Assembly (NCBI GenBank): GCA_965603825.1
Contig: CBFDEM010000018.1
Span: 806,001-870,000, forward strand
Direction of reading: 5' to 3'
Source: Blepharisma stoltei ATCC 30299
Lineage: Eukaryota > Protista > Ciliophora
Length of the DNA: 64,000 nt
Part shown: piece after piece, positions 24,613 to 36,899 of the stretch
How the letters are laid out: each line of letters starts with the position of its first letter
Numbering within the stretch: position 1 is the stretch's first letter
Position numbers and translations under genes: made by a program
Notes under the pieces: model-generated
What the model was told of the DNA's origin: nothing
Database searches by the model: none
Seen by the model: only the letters and a program-made list of their open reading frames with translations

Positions 24613-24798
24613 ATTAATGAAAATTTTATTTTTAGGTTTCGTATTTTCAGCATATTACTTTTTAAATTAAATTTTGAATATTAAATGCCTTAGATTGGAT
24701 TTATCTAAGTCGTTTATGTATTTATTTTTTAATAATGAAAATCTATTTATAGTTAGAAGCTTCCTAGAAATTTTTATCATGTAAAGTTATTAGTTAAA

Positions 24799-25611
24799 TT
24801 AATACTCAACAAAAAACAGTTGAGAAAGGCCTGCATTCATTGAGTTTTTAGAGACAAGCATGCATCTTAAAAGGATGATTGCAATGTCATGAAATACTGT
24901 TGAAAAGATATAAACCACAAGCAAAGTAAGAAGAAAGGCTGCAAATTTATAATACTTATGTGTAAGCACAAGTACAACATAAGCTCTGAATTTATCTGGA
25001 AGCTCTGGGTATACAAAATAAAATAAATCACAGTACGGAAGAGGTAGTAAATTCACTAAAAAGCTGAAAACAATCAGATACGCAATAAGCGCAAACCCAT
25101 ACCCTAAAGAGTAATTGTGCTCAATCCATGATCCCACCACACAAATGATCATCACAGGAAATAGAGCTAAAATTCCCCCAATAACTATTAATAATCTTTT
25201 TGGTCTTCCACTTGCGATTAAAGATGTCTCTCCAATATAGTCAGGACCTCCTAGTACTCCCCAACCAGGAATGAGCATGAGTAGAATAGGATTGATGAAA
25301 TTTGAAAAATGATCGTGATATTTGACAAAGTTCATACTTAAATAACTATCATGCGAATGGCCCGCTATTTTAGCCATGGCTGCATGCCCTGACTCATGAA
25401 TCATCACACATAAGCCCCATGCCAAAATTGCCCACAAGATAAATGCCCATCTCTTTGGATAGCTCAGGAGGACAAATGAGAACACAAATAAGACGCCGAC
25501 CCAGATTAAGGCTGGTGTAGAACACATTTTCTTCATTTGTGAAGGCTCTTTAAGGATGGATTTTGTTGCCTGCTCTAGTTCAAGTGCGGCTTCTTTCCCA
25601 ACGTTAGCCAT
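24799..25611 (-). CDS. Site-2 protease (peptidase M50) intramembrane zinc metalloprotease
   Basis: HESGH zinc motif in a TM helix, NLLPLPYCD third-ligand motif, multiple TM segments. Confidence 0.85.
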   Translation of the reverse strand: MANVGKEAALELEQATKSILKEPSQMKKMCSTPALIWVGVLFVFSFVLLSYPKRWAFILWAILAWGLCVMIHESGHAAMAKIAGHSHDSYLSMNFVKYHDHFSNFINPILLMLIPGWGVLGGPDYIGETSLIASGRPKRLLIVIGGILALFPVMIICVVGSWIEHNYSLGYGFALIAYLIVFSFLVNLLPLPYCDLFYFVYPELPDKFRAYVVLVLTHKYYKFAAFLLTLLVVYIFSTVFHDIAIILLRCMLVSKNSMNAGLSQLFFVEY

Positions 25612-25859
25612 TATTTAATGTGCAATTTTGAGCACAGATTAGATTTCGATTAATTTGAAAAGGGCTTCCATTGGATACATTAAGCCCATAATTTTTTGGT
25701 TTTTCTGAAATATTTTCTTATAAACTTTTATGAATTTAATCAATCCAAACATAGGCTTTTTAAATTAAGTTAATCACTATTTTGGCTTATTTATTAGAAC
25801 TGTTGAATATTTTCATAGAGTTTTAAACTTTTCCAAATTAAAAAAGTCGTTAATTTAAA

Positions 25860-28052
25860 ATGTCAAGTGAGCCAATTCAAGTTTATATACGATTCCGCCC
25901 TTTGAATTTTCAAGAAATTACAGAAGGAGAGCTTCCAATATGATACATGTCAAAAAACACCATATCCCTGCTTCGTGAGCACTCAAGCCAGCTAATTGCA
26001 GAAAAACGAATTTCAAGTACCTTCAATCCTAATTATCATTATAGCCACGTTTTCACAGGAGAAGATGACAATCGAAAAGTTTATGAAACCGTAGCTCAAA
26101 AAGTAGTCCTCTCAGCTTTAGAAGGATTTAACGCTACAATTTTTGCATATGGGCAAACAGGGTCTGGAAAAACTTTTACAATGATAGGGCAGCATCTTCA
26201 AACTGCAGAATCCCCAACCTTATGCACAACTCCACCTTTAAAGCAAAGACCAAGAGCATCTCGGGCTGGAACTCCAAGCTCAGCCAGAATTCGTAGCTGC
26301 AGCTCAACACCAAGAGGCAAAAGCATGGCTGCTTTACAAATCCCGCTAAGACTAGACAAACCTAGAAAGGTACAAACTGATGGAAAAGGAATTATCTCAA
26401 TGGCGCTCAATGATATTTTCAAAGCTGCAAACGACTATAAAGACAAGCATTTTTTCTTCACATGCTCCATGATGGAAATATATAACGAGCACGTCTACGA
26501 TTTATTAAAAGAAACCGAAGACTTAAAAAATGAGGTCCTTGCAGTTAGTGAAGGATCTGATAAAGAATTCTACGTGCGAGGACTGAGCGAAAAAGTAGTA
26601 ACTTCTATAGAAGAAGTGCTGGAAAAGCTTGGAAAAGGAGAAGAAAACCGACATTACGCAGCCACAAATCTAAACCATCACAGTTCAAGGTCACATACCA
26701 TTTTTAGACTCAATATCAGATCTTTACAAGTGATTCCAAAAAAGGACTCTGAAACGTTAGAAGGAGACGAAAGCTTTGAAAATATAACCACTGAGTCTGT
26801 CATCAATTTTGTCGATCTTGCTGGGAGTGAACGCACAAGCAGCGTGATGGCAATCGAAGACAAGCATAACTTCTCTTACTCTTCTACACGGTCTGAGCAA
26901 GATCGCATTGTAGCTGAAAGTAAAAATATCAATACAAGCTTGTTTTATTTGTGCCAAGTTATCACGAAGCTTTCAGAGCTGAAGATGGGGCTTATAAAAA
27001 ATGAGTCTCATATCCCATATAGAAATTCAAACTTGACCAAAATATTGAGATCGTCATTGGGAGGAAACTCAAGAACTTGTGTGATTTGTGCAGTAACACC
27101 TGCTTTGAGCCAATTTGAACAAACATTGAGCACTTTGAGGTTCGGGAACAGTGCAAGAAGTATCACGAATAATGTAAAAGCAAATGTCAAAAGAGAAACA
27201 AATGCGCAGCTGCTAGTCGGGTATCAGCAAGATATTGCTACTTTGAAAAAGGAGCTTGAAATGGCAAAAGAACAAGGATGGGCAAGCTATGTAGAAAGAA
27301 ATCAGGCTAAGCAAGCACTAGAGCAAAAAATTCAAAAGCTAAATGAAATATTGGCTGTGCCATATAAACCAGAGACTTTTCAAATAGAACAAGAAATTTA
27401 CTCCAACTTTTCCACTTTTTGGAACGGCGGGGTAGGGGATTTATTTATAGCGAATCAGCCTTTTGATCAAGAAGATTCAAAAGTCTTGAGTGAGTCTAAA
27501 CTTAACTTTGATAATTCAGGAAAGTTTGCACAAGAAAGGAGAATGCAGATTGATAGAGAGCAAATTAATATAGAAAAAGAAATAGAAAAATTAACGGTCG
27601 TCGTAAATTCGTTGAAGGGAAACAAAAATACACTGGTGACAGATTTAGAAAAAAATAGCAATTTATATGAAAAATCTAATAAAGAGAATGCATTTCTCAG
27701 AGAGGACTTAGCCAAGTCCAGACAGACCCTTTCAAAAATGAAATATATGGCAAAAATATACCAGCAAGGGGAAGGGCTTGATAGTCTTTCAGAAAGCCAG
27801 CTTACAGCATTCGAAAAGACTCTCATTGAAAGATTAGATTCTGTAAAACAAATAAAAGCTTCACGTCTTTATGACCATAAAATAGAAAAACTCCAAGAAA
27901 GTCTATTGAAATTCCTACCAGAGTCCATGGTCCTTGAAATGTTCTCTGAAAATGAAAGCAGAGAAATGACTGAGAAATTTGAGAGCTTTATGCACGACAT
28001 AAGCAGCCAGCATGAGTTTAGCTGAAATCAAGATATTTTAAACACGCCCTAA
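25860..28052 (+). CDS. Kinesin motor (kinesin-7/CENP-E-like) with coiled-coil tail, ~730 aa
   Basis: True ATG at 25860 (IQVYIRFRPL) lies upstream of a TGA. AYGQTGSGKTFTM, SSRSHTIF, DLAGSER and HIPYRNSNLT motifs. Readthrough of the TGA at 28023 ends at TAA 28050-28052. The subfamily call is tentative. Confidence 0.92.
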
Positions 28053-28289
28053 TTATTAATACAATTTTATATATAAAATAGTCATATTTTAATAAAAGTC
28101 AACAAGGTGAATAAGTTTTTAAATAAAATTATGATGCCTAAAAATATAAGCAGTTAAAAAAAATTTTCACATCACAAAAATCGTGATTATTCATGATACG
28201 CTAAATTATAGTTTTTTATATTAATTTATCTCAAAAATATAAAATACTGGAAATTAAAACAGTTTTCAGGTCAAATATTTATTTTAAAA

Positions 28290-29198
28290 ATGATATATCC
28301 TAGCCCTATAAGGCTCTACAAGCTTTCAGAAACGAAATCACACAAAGCTGAGATGGTAAGAACAATGGTGAAAAAATTGCACTCTGAAAAGCATATTCAA
28401 GAAGAATCAGAAAAAGCGGAAGATTTGAGGTCTATTATGAAGTACAAAAAGGCGTGGAGAGAATATTTAAACGAACTGCTGATAAGGAGCAGGAAGAAAA
28501 ACTACGCCAATAAAAGAGAGTCTCCTTTAGTAAGTATGACGACAGCAAGAGATATAGGAGTACAAGAAACGCCTAATAAAGAAAAAAACTGCAGAGCTAT
28601 TGATGAAGACTTAACTCTCTTCCATAAGCAATCATTCATAAAAGATCAAGAAAATTTTAAAGATGAAGGCATTCAAGTGGATACTTCAATAACTAAGTCA
28701 CCAAAAACAGATTTATCTCCAAAAATATGGAGAAACAAACGGTCGCTTAGCCCGATTGATTTTTTCAAAATGACAAATGAAAGAACTATTATTAAAGTAG
28801 CAAAAGTAGATTCTCCAAATCATAGAAAGTCTAATACTCCACTTTCGGATTTTGACAATACATGCAACTCGAATGGAGAGAAACATGAACACTCTAAATC
28901 GGTGAAATCAGTGCCAAGGCATGTTTCTTTTGAAAATGACCCTTCAAAAGAAATTTATTCTGCTTTGACCCCAAAACTGAAGCACTTAAATAAGCCAGAT
29001 TTATATGAAAACCATAAAAATAGGCCTCCAAAAATTCAAAAAACGAAAGAATTTACTGAAAATGTGAAAAGTAATTTTATGCCGAAGAGAGATTTTAATA
29101 AGTTCATTGAAGTTGAGGCAAGAAAGCAGCCAAGCGATATTGGGAAGAAATTAAACCGAATAAGAAGACTGAAGCTTTCAGAGCTTAGTATATCTTAA
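28290..29198 (+). CDS. Uncharacterised basic, low-complexity protein
   Basis: 302-codon ATG-TAA ORF, K/S/E-rich, no recognisable domain. Confidence 0.7.
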   Translation: MIYPSPIRLYKLSETKSHKAEMVRTMVKKLHSEKHIQEESEKAEDLRSIMKYKKAWREYLNELLIRSRKKNYANKRESPLVSMTTARDIGVQETPNKEKNCRAIDEDLTLFHKQSFIKDQENFKDEGIQVDTSITKSPKTDLSPKIWRNKRSLSPIDFFKMTNERTIIKVAKVDSPNHRKSNTPLSDFDNTCNSNGEKHEHSKSVKSVPRHVSFENDPSKEIYSALTPKLKHLNKPDLYENHKNRPPKIQKTKEFTENVKSNFMPKRDFNKFIEVEARKQPSDIGKKLNRIRRLKLSELSIS

Positions 29199-29615
29199 AT
29201 TTAATAAATATGTATACAGCTCTCTTTAAGATTGAAATTTACAATTAAAAATACTTGTAAAGATTTCTTAAATAAACAAAATTATTTTAAGCTAAAATAG
29301 ATACTTATAAATCCTATCAATATAAAGCCACACTATTTTCAAAGAATAAATGAAATTATAATTAATAACGATATGGGTCTCCCTTATTGTCTCAGTAGAT
29401 ATTTAAAATGATTTATCTGTTAAAAATTTATTCTAAATCAGTGATGTATCAATTCAAAGTAAAGTTAAAATATTCAAACAGATGATCTTTTAATAATTGG
29501 ATAAAAATTGATTGTATTAAAATGATAAATATAAGATTAATATTAACCTCATCATAAAATTTTAGGATTTTTATTTTAAGAATTGATATTTAAAGAGGCA
29601 GAAGGCTAATTTCTT

Positions 29616-29734
29616 GTTGTCGGCCATACTATGCCTAACGCACCAGATCCCATCCGAACTCTGAAGTTAAGCGGCATAAGGCGAGGTTAGTACTTGGGTG
29701 GGGGACCGCCAGGGAAGCCCTCGTGCTGACAGCT
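29616..29734 (+). rRNA. 5S: 5S ribosomal RNA
   Basis: GTTGTCGGCCATACT...GATCCCATCCGAACTCTGAAGTTAAGC...TTAGTACTTGGGTGGGGGACCGCCAGGGAA...GTGCTGACAGCT: ~119 nt, pairing 5' and 3' ends, canonical eukaryotic 5S internal motifs. Confidence 0.96.
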
Positions 29735-29737
29735 ATC

Positions 29738-29743
29738 TTTTTT
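29738..29743 (+). terminator. RNA polymerase III oligo-T terminator of the 5S gene
   Basis: Run of six T immediately after the 5S 3' end. Confidence 0.7.
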
Positions 29744-30112
29744 ATTTATATTTTGGTTCAAACTAAGCATAGATTTCTGATTTAATATTCAGAGCTTAGT
29801 TATTAAAAGTTTTTCTATTCAAATCTCTATATTATCTTCCATAATATTCTTTTTTTCATTTTCTTAGAAAATATGAATAGTTAATGATTTCTATACTAAA
29901 AGGAAGTTCATAAATAAACAAAAAAGGCACTTTAAAACTTAATCGCTTAAGGCCTAACTGTTTATATTTATATTGAAACATACTATAATCTATAAAATTT
30001 GAAGATTTAATTCAATATAATTTTCATTCTCTTCTCTAAAGTAGCATAAAAATTCTTGCTTGCATGTATATTTCTCTAATATTTATTTGAGTTAAAATAA
30101 TTATCTAAGTTA

Positions 30113-30874
30113 TTATTTATTCCTATTCCTCATGAGAATTGGAGGAATCAAGATTAAAATTCCCAAAAGAATTAAAACTGTGAGTGACGATGAGCTCAAT
30201 CCGGTATCTCCAATTGATGATAAAGCCATTCCTGTTGATATATGAATAAAATTCGGAGGAGCAAGTCCAAATAGCGTTGCTAATATAAAGGTTTTCAATG
30301 GAATTCCAACAATTGGAGAAGCCAAATTTAAAATTCAATTTGGAACCAGTGGGACTATTCTTAAAAATAGCAAATAAAAAAAGAGACCGCTTTTTTGCTC
30401 ACTTATTGCTTTATTAAGCTTAACAACTCCGTTAGGAAACCATCTTATTACAAGGCCTTTTCCTAAGTTATCAGAGAGTTTATAGCAAATTGTAGAGCCA
30501 ACTGTTGCACAGATAGAAACAATAAGTAGCCCAGTCCAGCGACCAAATAAAGTACCTGAAATTAAACTTAGGACAATTGGCCCAGGGATTGCAAAGCTTT
30601 GTAGAAAGAGGTAGAAAAAGCAGAATAACGAAAAAACGTACCAATAGCTTGTGACTGTATATTTTGACAAGACTTGGCTCAATTCCAGGATTTCCTGTGG
30701 GGTCCATGGAAGTCGGTAGATAATTGCTCTTTCAGACTCTGTTAAAGGTGGGGCAAGCTGAATAAATAAGAATAATCCAAATATTCCAGAGCCTAAGAGC
30801 ATTAATAAAAGATACTTATTGCGATTGAGATTTTCTTCTGTCTCTTTTTTTAGCAATTCAATGTTTAGTTCCAT
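30113..30874 (-). CDS. TMEM41: TMEM41B-like VTT/DedA (SNARE-associated Golgi) membrane protein, 253 aa
   Basis: YLFLQSFAIPG, CATVGSTICY and FLRIVPLVPNW(TGA)ILNLASPIVGIP. The conserved Trp of the TMEM41 PNW motif is encoded by TGA. Confidence 0.9.
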
Positions 30875-31062
30875 TTATTCAACTCAATTGAGTAGCACCA
30901 AATAATATGGCTCTTAAAATCAATATTTGATATAAAAAGCATTATTTTATACTTTCTAAAGTGCTAATAAGTAAAATATTTTTTATAACACTCCCCAAAT
31001 AAATTTTTTACAGGATTTCCATTTAAGGCTTTTCTATAAGGAAATAAAATTGAAGACTTCAT

Positions 31063-31272
31063 TATCTGAAATTATTCGTAATATAAGCTTAAAGAATTCA
31101 ATGTCTTAGCAGATGTTCATTTAAAAAATAATGGCTTTCATTAAAATGCAAAGATAGGGAATATTTTTGATTTTTTTTACAAATAATCTTGTTTTAATAT
31201 AAAAGTATCCATTTTTATTTATTAATTATATTTGGATTTTTGCATCTTTTTTATTTATAGCTTTCTCTTAGA
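31063..31272 (+). repeat. Non-coding direct repeat, copy 1 (~210 bp)
   Basis: Aligns with 36245-36482. Shared blocks include TATCTGAAATT..., CTTTCATTAAAATGCAAAGAT.GGGAATATTTTTGATTTTTT, AAATAATCTTGTTTTAATATAAAA and TATCCATTTTTATTTATTAATTA. Confidence 0.9.
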
Positions 31273-31637
31273 TAATTGATTGAATTTGTTTTATAATAGA
31301 GCTCATGATTATTCAAAAGGGACATTAAGTGCAGATCGTTAATTTAATACATATAATTAATTAATTATCATAAAATAGAAGAATCATAATGCATCTTAGA
31401 AGCTTAAACAGCTTTGAATACCCATTAAAGCTATGTGTATACTTCGAGATAGCCTATAGCAAAATTTTAAGAATTTATTTATAGATGCATAATAGTTAAT
31501 TTAACCAAAAATTTAAAACTAAATTCACTTTATTCTCGATAAATAGCTTTCTTTCAAACTAATCAAAACTCCTAGCAGTAAATAAATTAAAAATGCAAAT
31601 GACTTAAATTCCAAAATATGATGTCAGATAGATAATT

Positions 31638-34600
31638 ATGTTTTTATTCAGAGGTAAAAACACCAAAGATTCTGAAGTCCCAAAAATCCCTGACTCAGAT
31701 AACCAGGTCCAAATTCAAGCTTTTATTAAAAGTATGTGCTTATTGCTGACAAAAGAATGAAAAATCTCAGAAGAATTTTCTAAAGCTATTGAATTCCTAA
31801 GTGAGCATTGTGAGCATAGCCAAGATTACATAATAAAATATCTGATTCCATACTGGGAAGATATATTGAAAAATTCAATTCAGAATCCTGAACAAATTTC
31901 ACCAATTCTAGACATAACCCAATCCTGCTCTGAAAAATTTCCAAACTTATTCAACAATTTCAACCATTTGCATCAATTTTTAGAAATTCTTCAAGGAGAA
32001 TTTGAGCCTATCGACAAGCACAGAATTCTAGTCACTTTACGATATATCAGTAATTGTGAAAAATCTTTGTTATCAGAATTTGTGCTTCAAAATAAAAGCT
32101 TATTGGCTATTTTACAAGAATTTCTTATGAGCACTGCTGATTATTTGAGAAATGAATCAATTATTTTATTGAGGAATATTTCTATAAATAATGACGAATT
32201 ATGCAAAGATTTAGGATTTCAAGGACTTTTTGAAAATTTATTAGAAATTATTAGACTGGAAGAAGGAAAAATAATCGAGGATTGTTTGGAACTAATGAAA
32301 ACGCTACTGTCTGAATATAATAAAAATTTTATAAGAGAAATTTCTGTTCTGATTGAAAGATTAAGATCACTTCTTGTCCCAGGGAAAAAAATGAGTGATA
32401 AAACGTTAGATTTTATTATTTATGCATGCAAAGATAAATCTGGGAAACCAATATCAAGTAACCAAATGTTTTTTAGTGAGCTTCTCCCTGATATTGCTAT
32501 CCTAGCTTTTCCTCAAAATCCAAAAGAAACTCAAAATTTGCTTGCGATTGAATTAATGTCGATTCTTTTGCAAGGAAATCTATCATTGATAAAATCAATT
32601 ATAAACCCAAGCCATATTGAATTATTTGAGCTTCTTGAGTCTATTCCTATTTATTGCTTAATTGGAAACTGCTGAAAAGAGTCTTTTAGTTTATTATGAA
32701 ATTTGACGAAGCTTAACCAAGATATCCAAAGCGCGATTTTATCAAAAATTACTTGTATGCCTGGGTATGTAAAAACGGAAAATAAAATCCCATCATTTAA
32801 TTACATTTTAAATGAGTGGCTTGAAGATTCAATACTTCCTGAAAGGCTGACTAAATTATTGGAGCTGCTATTAATTAATAACGAAATAAGTAAAGAGCTA
32901 GGTGCAAATCTTCCAATTGATTTAAATTCTGGGACTTTACTTTTGAAGGTATTTAATTTATTATTGGAAAATATATTGACGACTTCTTCTGTGAAGGTGC
33001 TGCATTATGCAAGATTGTTATTAGTGTGGATGAATAAATCTCCAAGCTCATGCAATAAAATTCGATCAGATTTAGACAAAAATATTGAGCTTGTTCTCGA
33101 TTATATACAAAAAGAAGATGGAATAGCTCAATGCTTATGCTTATGTCTCCTTGGAATCATAGGAATAAATAATGATGATGGTATGATAATCCCCAAATTA
33201 GCGCTCCGAAAAATAGGCTACACAGATGCATGCTCCATTATTGACAAATTATTCAAACAAAAAGACTTTACTAAAAATGAACAAAAATCAGACCTTTGGC
33301 TTGAAGACAGCATATACTCATTTTGCCTTTTAAAAGAATACAGGCCAGTTTCTCAAGCAGTTAAAAAGGTGTTTTTAAAAGAAATCACTGATAGTGCTCC
33401 AGAAAGTGAAAGCGACTTAGCTAAACTAGTCCAAGCCCAAGACATACTTATATCAAATCTCCAAAATATGAGAAAAGGCGGCCAATCAGAAGAACTTGAA
33501 AATTTATCTACACAAATAAAGCAATTAAATGAAAAAAATTCAGAATTAAAATCTGAGCTTACAAATGAAAGGATTTTAAATGAGGAATTAAAAAGTAAAT
33601 GTTTATCATTGAATTTAGAAAAGAAAAGAGAAGTCAGAGGAATTTTTGAAGCTATGGTAAATTTGCAAGAAAAATATGAAATTTCTGAGTATGAAAAAGA
33701 ATCATTGATAAGAGAAAATAAAAAATTATTCGCAGTTAATGAAAGACTGAGAGGAGAAAATAAAGTTTATACAGCAAAAAGACCGGAAATTGTGAGCAGC
33801 ATACAGATGCTTGAAATTAAAGAACAAAATAAGAGTCTTGAAGCAGAGATTGAGTATTTAAAAAATCAGCTGAGAAATAGAGAAATAGAAAATAAAGATT
33901 TATTAGAGCTGGTGGGAAAGCAAAATTCACAAATAGAAGGAATAAAAATTCACCTTCCTGAGCTATCAGAAGATCAAGCAAAACTTGATCAGGAACCTAA
34001 AAGCACTCAAACTGACTTTGAAAAAGATTTAAGCAGCCAATCATCACAAACTGAGTCTCTTATAAAATTTGATAATAGAGATAGCAATGATCAAGATACA
34101 CAAACTGTTGATGGAAATGATAGGCTGATCGCAATTACTCAGACAGAAAAACAAAAAATGGTCTCAGAACTAATTTCTATGCATTTTGTCCCAGGGAAGA
34201 AAAAATTCTATAAAAACCAAAATATGCAGTGTGGAGGTGAGCGAAAAATGAAAATAGAAAAAATTAAGCCACAAGTCTTTTGCAGAGCTGTGCCAATTAA
34301 CAAAAATAAAGAGCCACAAAAGCTAATGAGAGATGAGAACGTTAGAAAAGAAGAAAAAAGCTTGAAGACAGAAGAACCAGTAAAATTAAAGACGTCTGGA
34401 AAGAAAGAAGAACCAAATTTAATAAAAAATGAAATTAAAGAGCCAATAAAAATTGAACAAAAAGAATCAAAAGTGACAGTTGCTCCTGAAAAGACCAAAG
34501 AACCAATTGCAACTAAGCATGAAAGTCCTATATTGCAAACAAAAGCTGAACCATTAAATCTAGACATCCCACTAAAAGCAGAAGAGCAGCCTATAAAAGC

Positions 34601-36155
34601 AAACAAAATTGAAGCTATTGATAAAATTAATCCAAACAAGACTGAGCCTCAACCAGCCAAGCCAAAAAAAGTTCTTCCTCCTCCACCTTTTAAATCAATA
34701 ATAAAAGAAAAAACTCCTAAAGTAGCATTAAAACAAGAAAAAGATACAGCTGAAAACAAAATGGAAGATATCGATTTACATGAACAGCCTTCTCCAAGCA
34801 AATCAGAAACTAAAAAAGAATTATCACCTGAAGTTAAAAAATCAAAAATTCATCCAATTATCGCAGAATTTGAGCCAAATATTAACGAAGATTTACTGAT
34901 GAATCCTACTTATATCTCAGTATTCAATCCAATAGAGGCCAATTCTGAGCCAAAACCTCAATTTTCATCTAATTATGAACAAGCTGAAAGCTTAGATGCT
35001 CCTCCTATGAACTTTTTTACTTCCTCATCAAATACAGCAAAAAAAGAGCCAGATAATGTTCCTGTAGAAGCTAAAGAGGCAGCCTCTTTTGGTACAGATG
35101 CGCCTCCTTTGCATTTTTATTCCCAAGCAAAAAAAGAAAGTGCTCCTGCGGCTTCGTCAAGCATTTCTGCTGGATCAATATTTGTACATAGGAATTATCT
35201 AAAACCAGGGCAATCAAAAGTTTCATCAGCTGGCCCTTTGAAAAACCCATTCCAGTCTGAGGCAATAATCACGAATCCGTTTGGAAAAGATAATCCAGAC
35301 AGAAAAAATGAAAATTCAGCTGTGTCATTAAGCGAAAACCCGTTTCAAGGAGAATTAGCTAGCAAAGAACTGGTAGATAAAAATCCACTCAAAAGAGAAG
35401 TAGTTAAAACTCCATTTCAAGGCGAGCCAGCTAAAAATCCATTTCAAGGCGAGCCAGCAAAAAATCCATTTCAAGGCGAGCCAGCTAAAAATCCACTCAA
35501 AGGAGAGGTAGCTAAAACTCCATTTCAAGGTGAGCCAGCTAAAAATCCATTTCAAGAGGTAGCTAAAAATCCATTTCAAGGTGAGCCACTTAAAGATATA
35601 TTTCAAGGAGAATCAGCTAAAAATCAATTTCAAGGCGAGCCACTTAAAGATCTATTTCAAGGAGAATCAACTAAGAATCAATTTCAAGGCGAGCCACTTA
35701 AAGACACATTTCAAGGAGAACCAGCTAAAAATCAATTTCAAGGCATGCCACTTAAAGATCCATTTCAAGGAGAACCAGCTAAAAATCCATTTCAAGCTAA
35801 AAATGCAATTCATGCGGAGCCAGCCATTAGAAATGCATTTCAAGGTGAACTAGCAAAAAGTTCAATTCAAGCTGATCCAATCATTAAAAATCCGTTTCAC
35901 AGTGAGTTATCTACTAAAAATCCATTTCAAGCTGAAGAAGCAAGTAAAAGTCTACCTCACCCTGCAAATATAGCCAAAAGTCCAATTCAAGTTGAGCCAA
36001 CTATTAAAAATCCATTCCAGTTCGAGGAAATAATTACAAACCCATTTAGCAATGAAGACTCAGAGCCTAAAAAATTAGAAACTAAGGAAGATGCCCTTTC
36101 ATTTTTTTATAAGATTTCTGAAAGCACACCAAAGAATTTTTCTTCATTTTTCTAA
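31638..36155 (+). CDS. Uso1/p115-like tether: armadillo head, coiled coil, long disordered NPF-repeat tail (~1505 aa)
   Basis: ATG at 31638; ORFs joined via TGA. LRNESIILL..IS.NN.ELCK.LGFQGLFENLLEII..EEG.IIEDCLELM.TLL..NKNFIRE matches the p115/Uso1 head signature. Confidence 0.75.
35379..35798 (+). repeat. Coding minisatellite with a 27-nt unit (KNPFQGEPA-type nonapeptide), ~15 degenerate copies
   Basis: Repeated AAAAATCCATTTCAAGGCGAGCCAGCT variants. The distal half alternates two unit types (54-nt period). Confidence 0.92.
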
Positions 36156-36244
36156 TTCATAAATAAACTAGCACAATTTCATTAAATTAAGATAATTTTT
36201 TTTAAAAATAAAAAAATTAAGGAAATAAATAATTAAAACTTCGA

Positions 36245-36482
36245 TATCTGAAATTTATTCGTAATATAAACTTAAAGTATTCAATATATTAGAAGATGCT
36301 CATTTTTATTATATGCGCCTAATAAAAATAATGACTTTCATTAAAATGCAAAGATCGGGAATATTTTTGATTTTTTGCAAATAATCTTGTTTTAATATAA
36401 AAATTGATTTAAAATTATCCATTTTTATTTATTAATTAATATTGGTTTTTGCATATTTTTCATTTATAGCTTTCTGTTTAGA
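36245..36482 (+). repeat. Non-coding direct repeat, copy 2 (~238 bp)
   Basis: Homologous to 31063-31272, with two short extra blocks. Confidence 0.9.
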
Positions 36483-36899
36483 CCTTTGGAATGAATTTTT
36501 TAAAGCTTTGATAATATTATTAAGTGACAGATTATATTCTTTTAAGCCATATCTTCTGTGTTTAACCCTCTTAAAATAATTTATCATATCTATGGAAAGA
36601 TAAAGTTCCTCTTTACAAATAGCCTTTCATGCGTTTTGAATATATTCATCGACGACTTTCATATAAACTTTATAATTAATCGTTAAGTAAAATTATCTTA
36701 ATGCTTCAGATATACTGCTAGAGGACAGAATGCATCTAATATTTAATTTTTATCTTGCATTTAGATCTGCCTTTTTTATTTTTCGTCATTATAATCCAAA
36801 TGTTTGGGGTTGAATAAATAGCTATTCTTAATTATTTTGATAAAGTTTATGGAATGCCAGTAATTTCATATAGTTAATGTATGAAATTTATAATATTAA

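Noticed and set aside
2521-28052. Rod plus CENP-E-like kinesin as a kinetochore gene cluster
   Set aside because: They are 18 kb apart with many unrelated genes in between, and the kinesin subfamily is uncertain.
28023-28052. TGA acting as a context-dependent stop near gene ends (also at 60916)
   Set aside because: An in-frame TAA follows within 9-15 codons in both cases. Nothing in the sequence requires TGA termination, although it cannot be excluded without ribosome profiling.
35379-35798. CRISPR-like array
   Set aside because: The units are contiguous, in-frame 27-nt coding repeats with no unique spacers and no cas genes, in a eukaryotic context.
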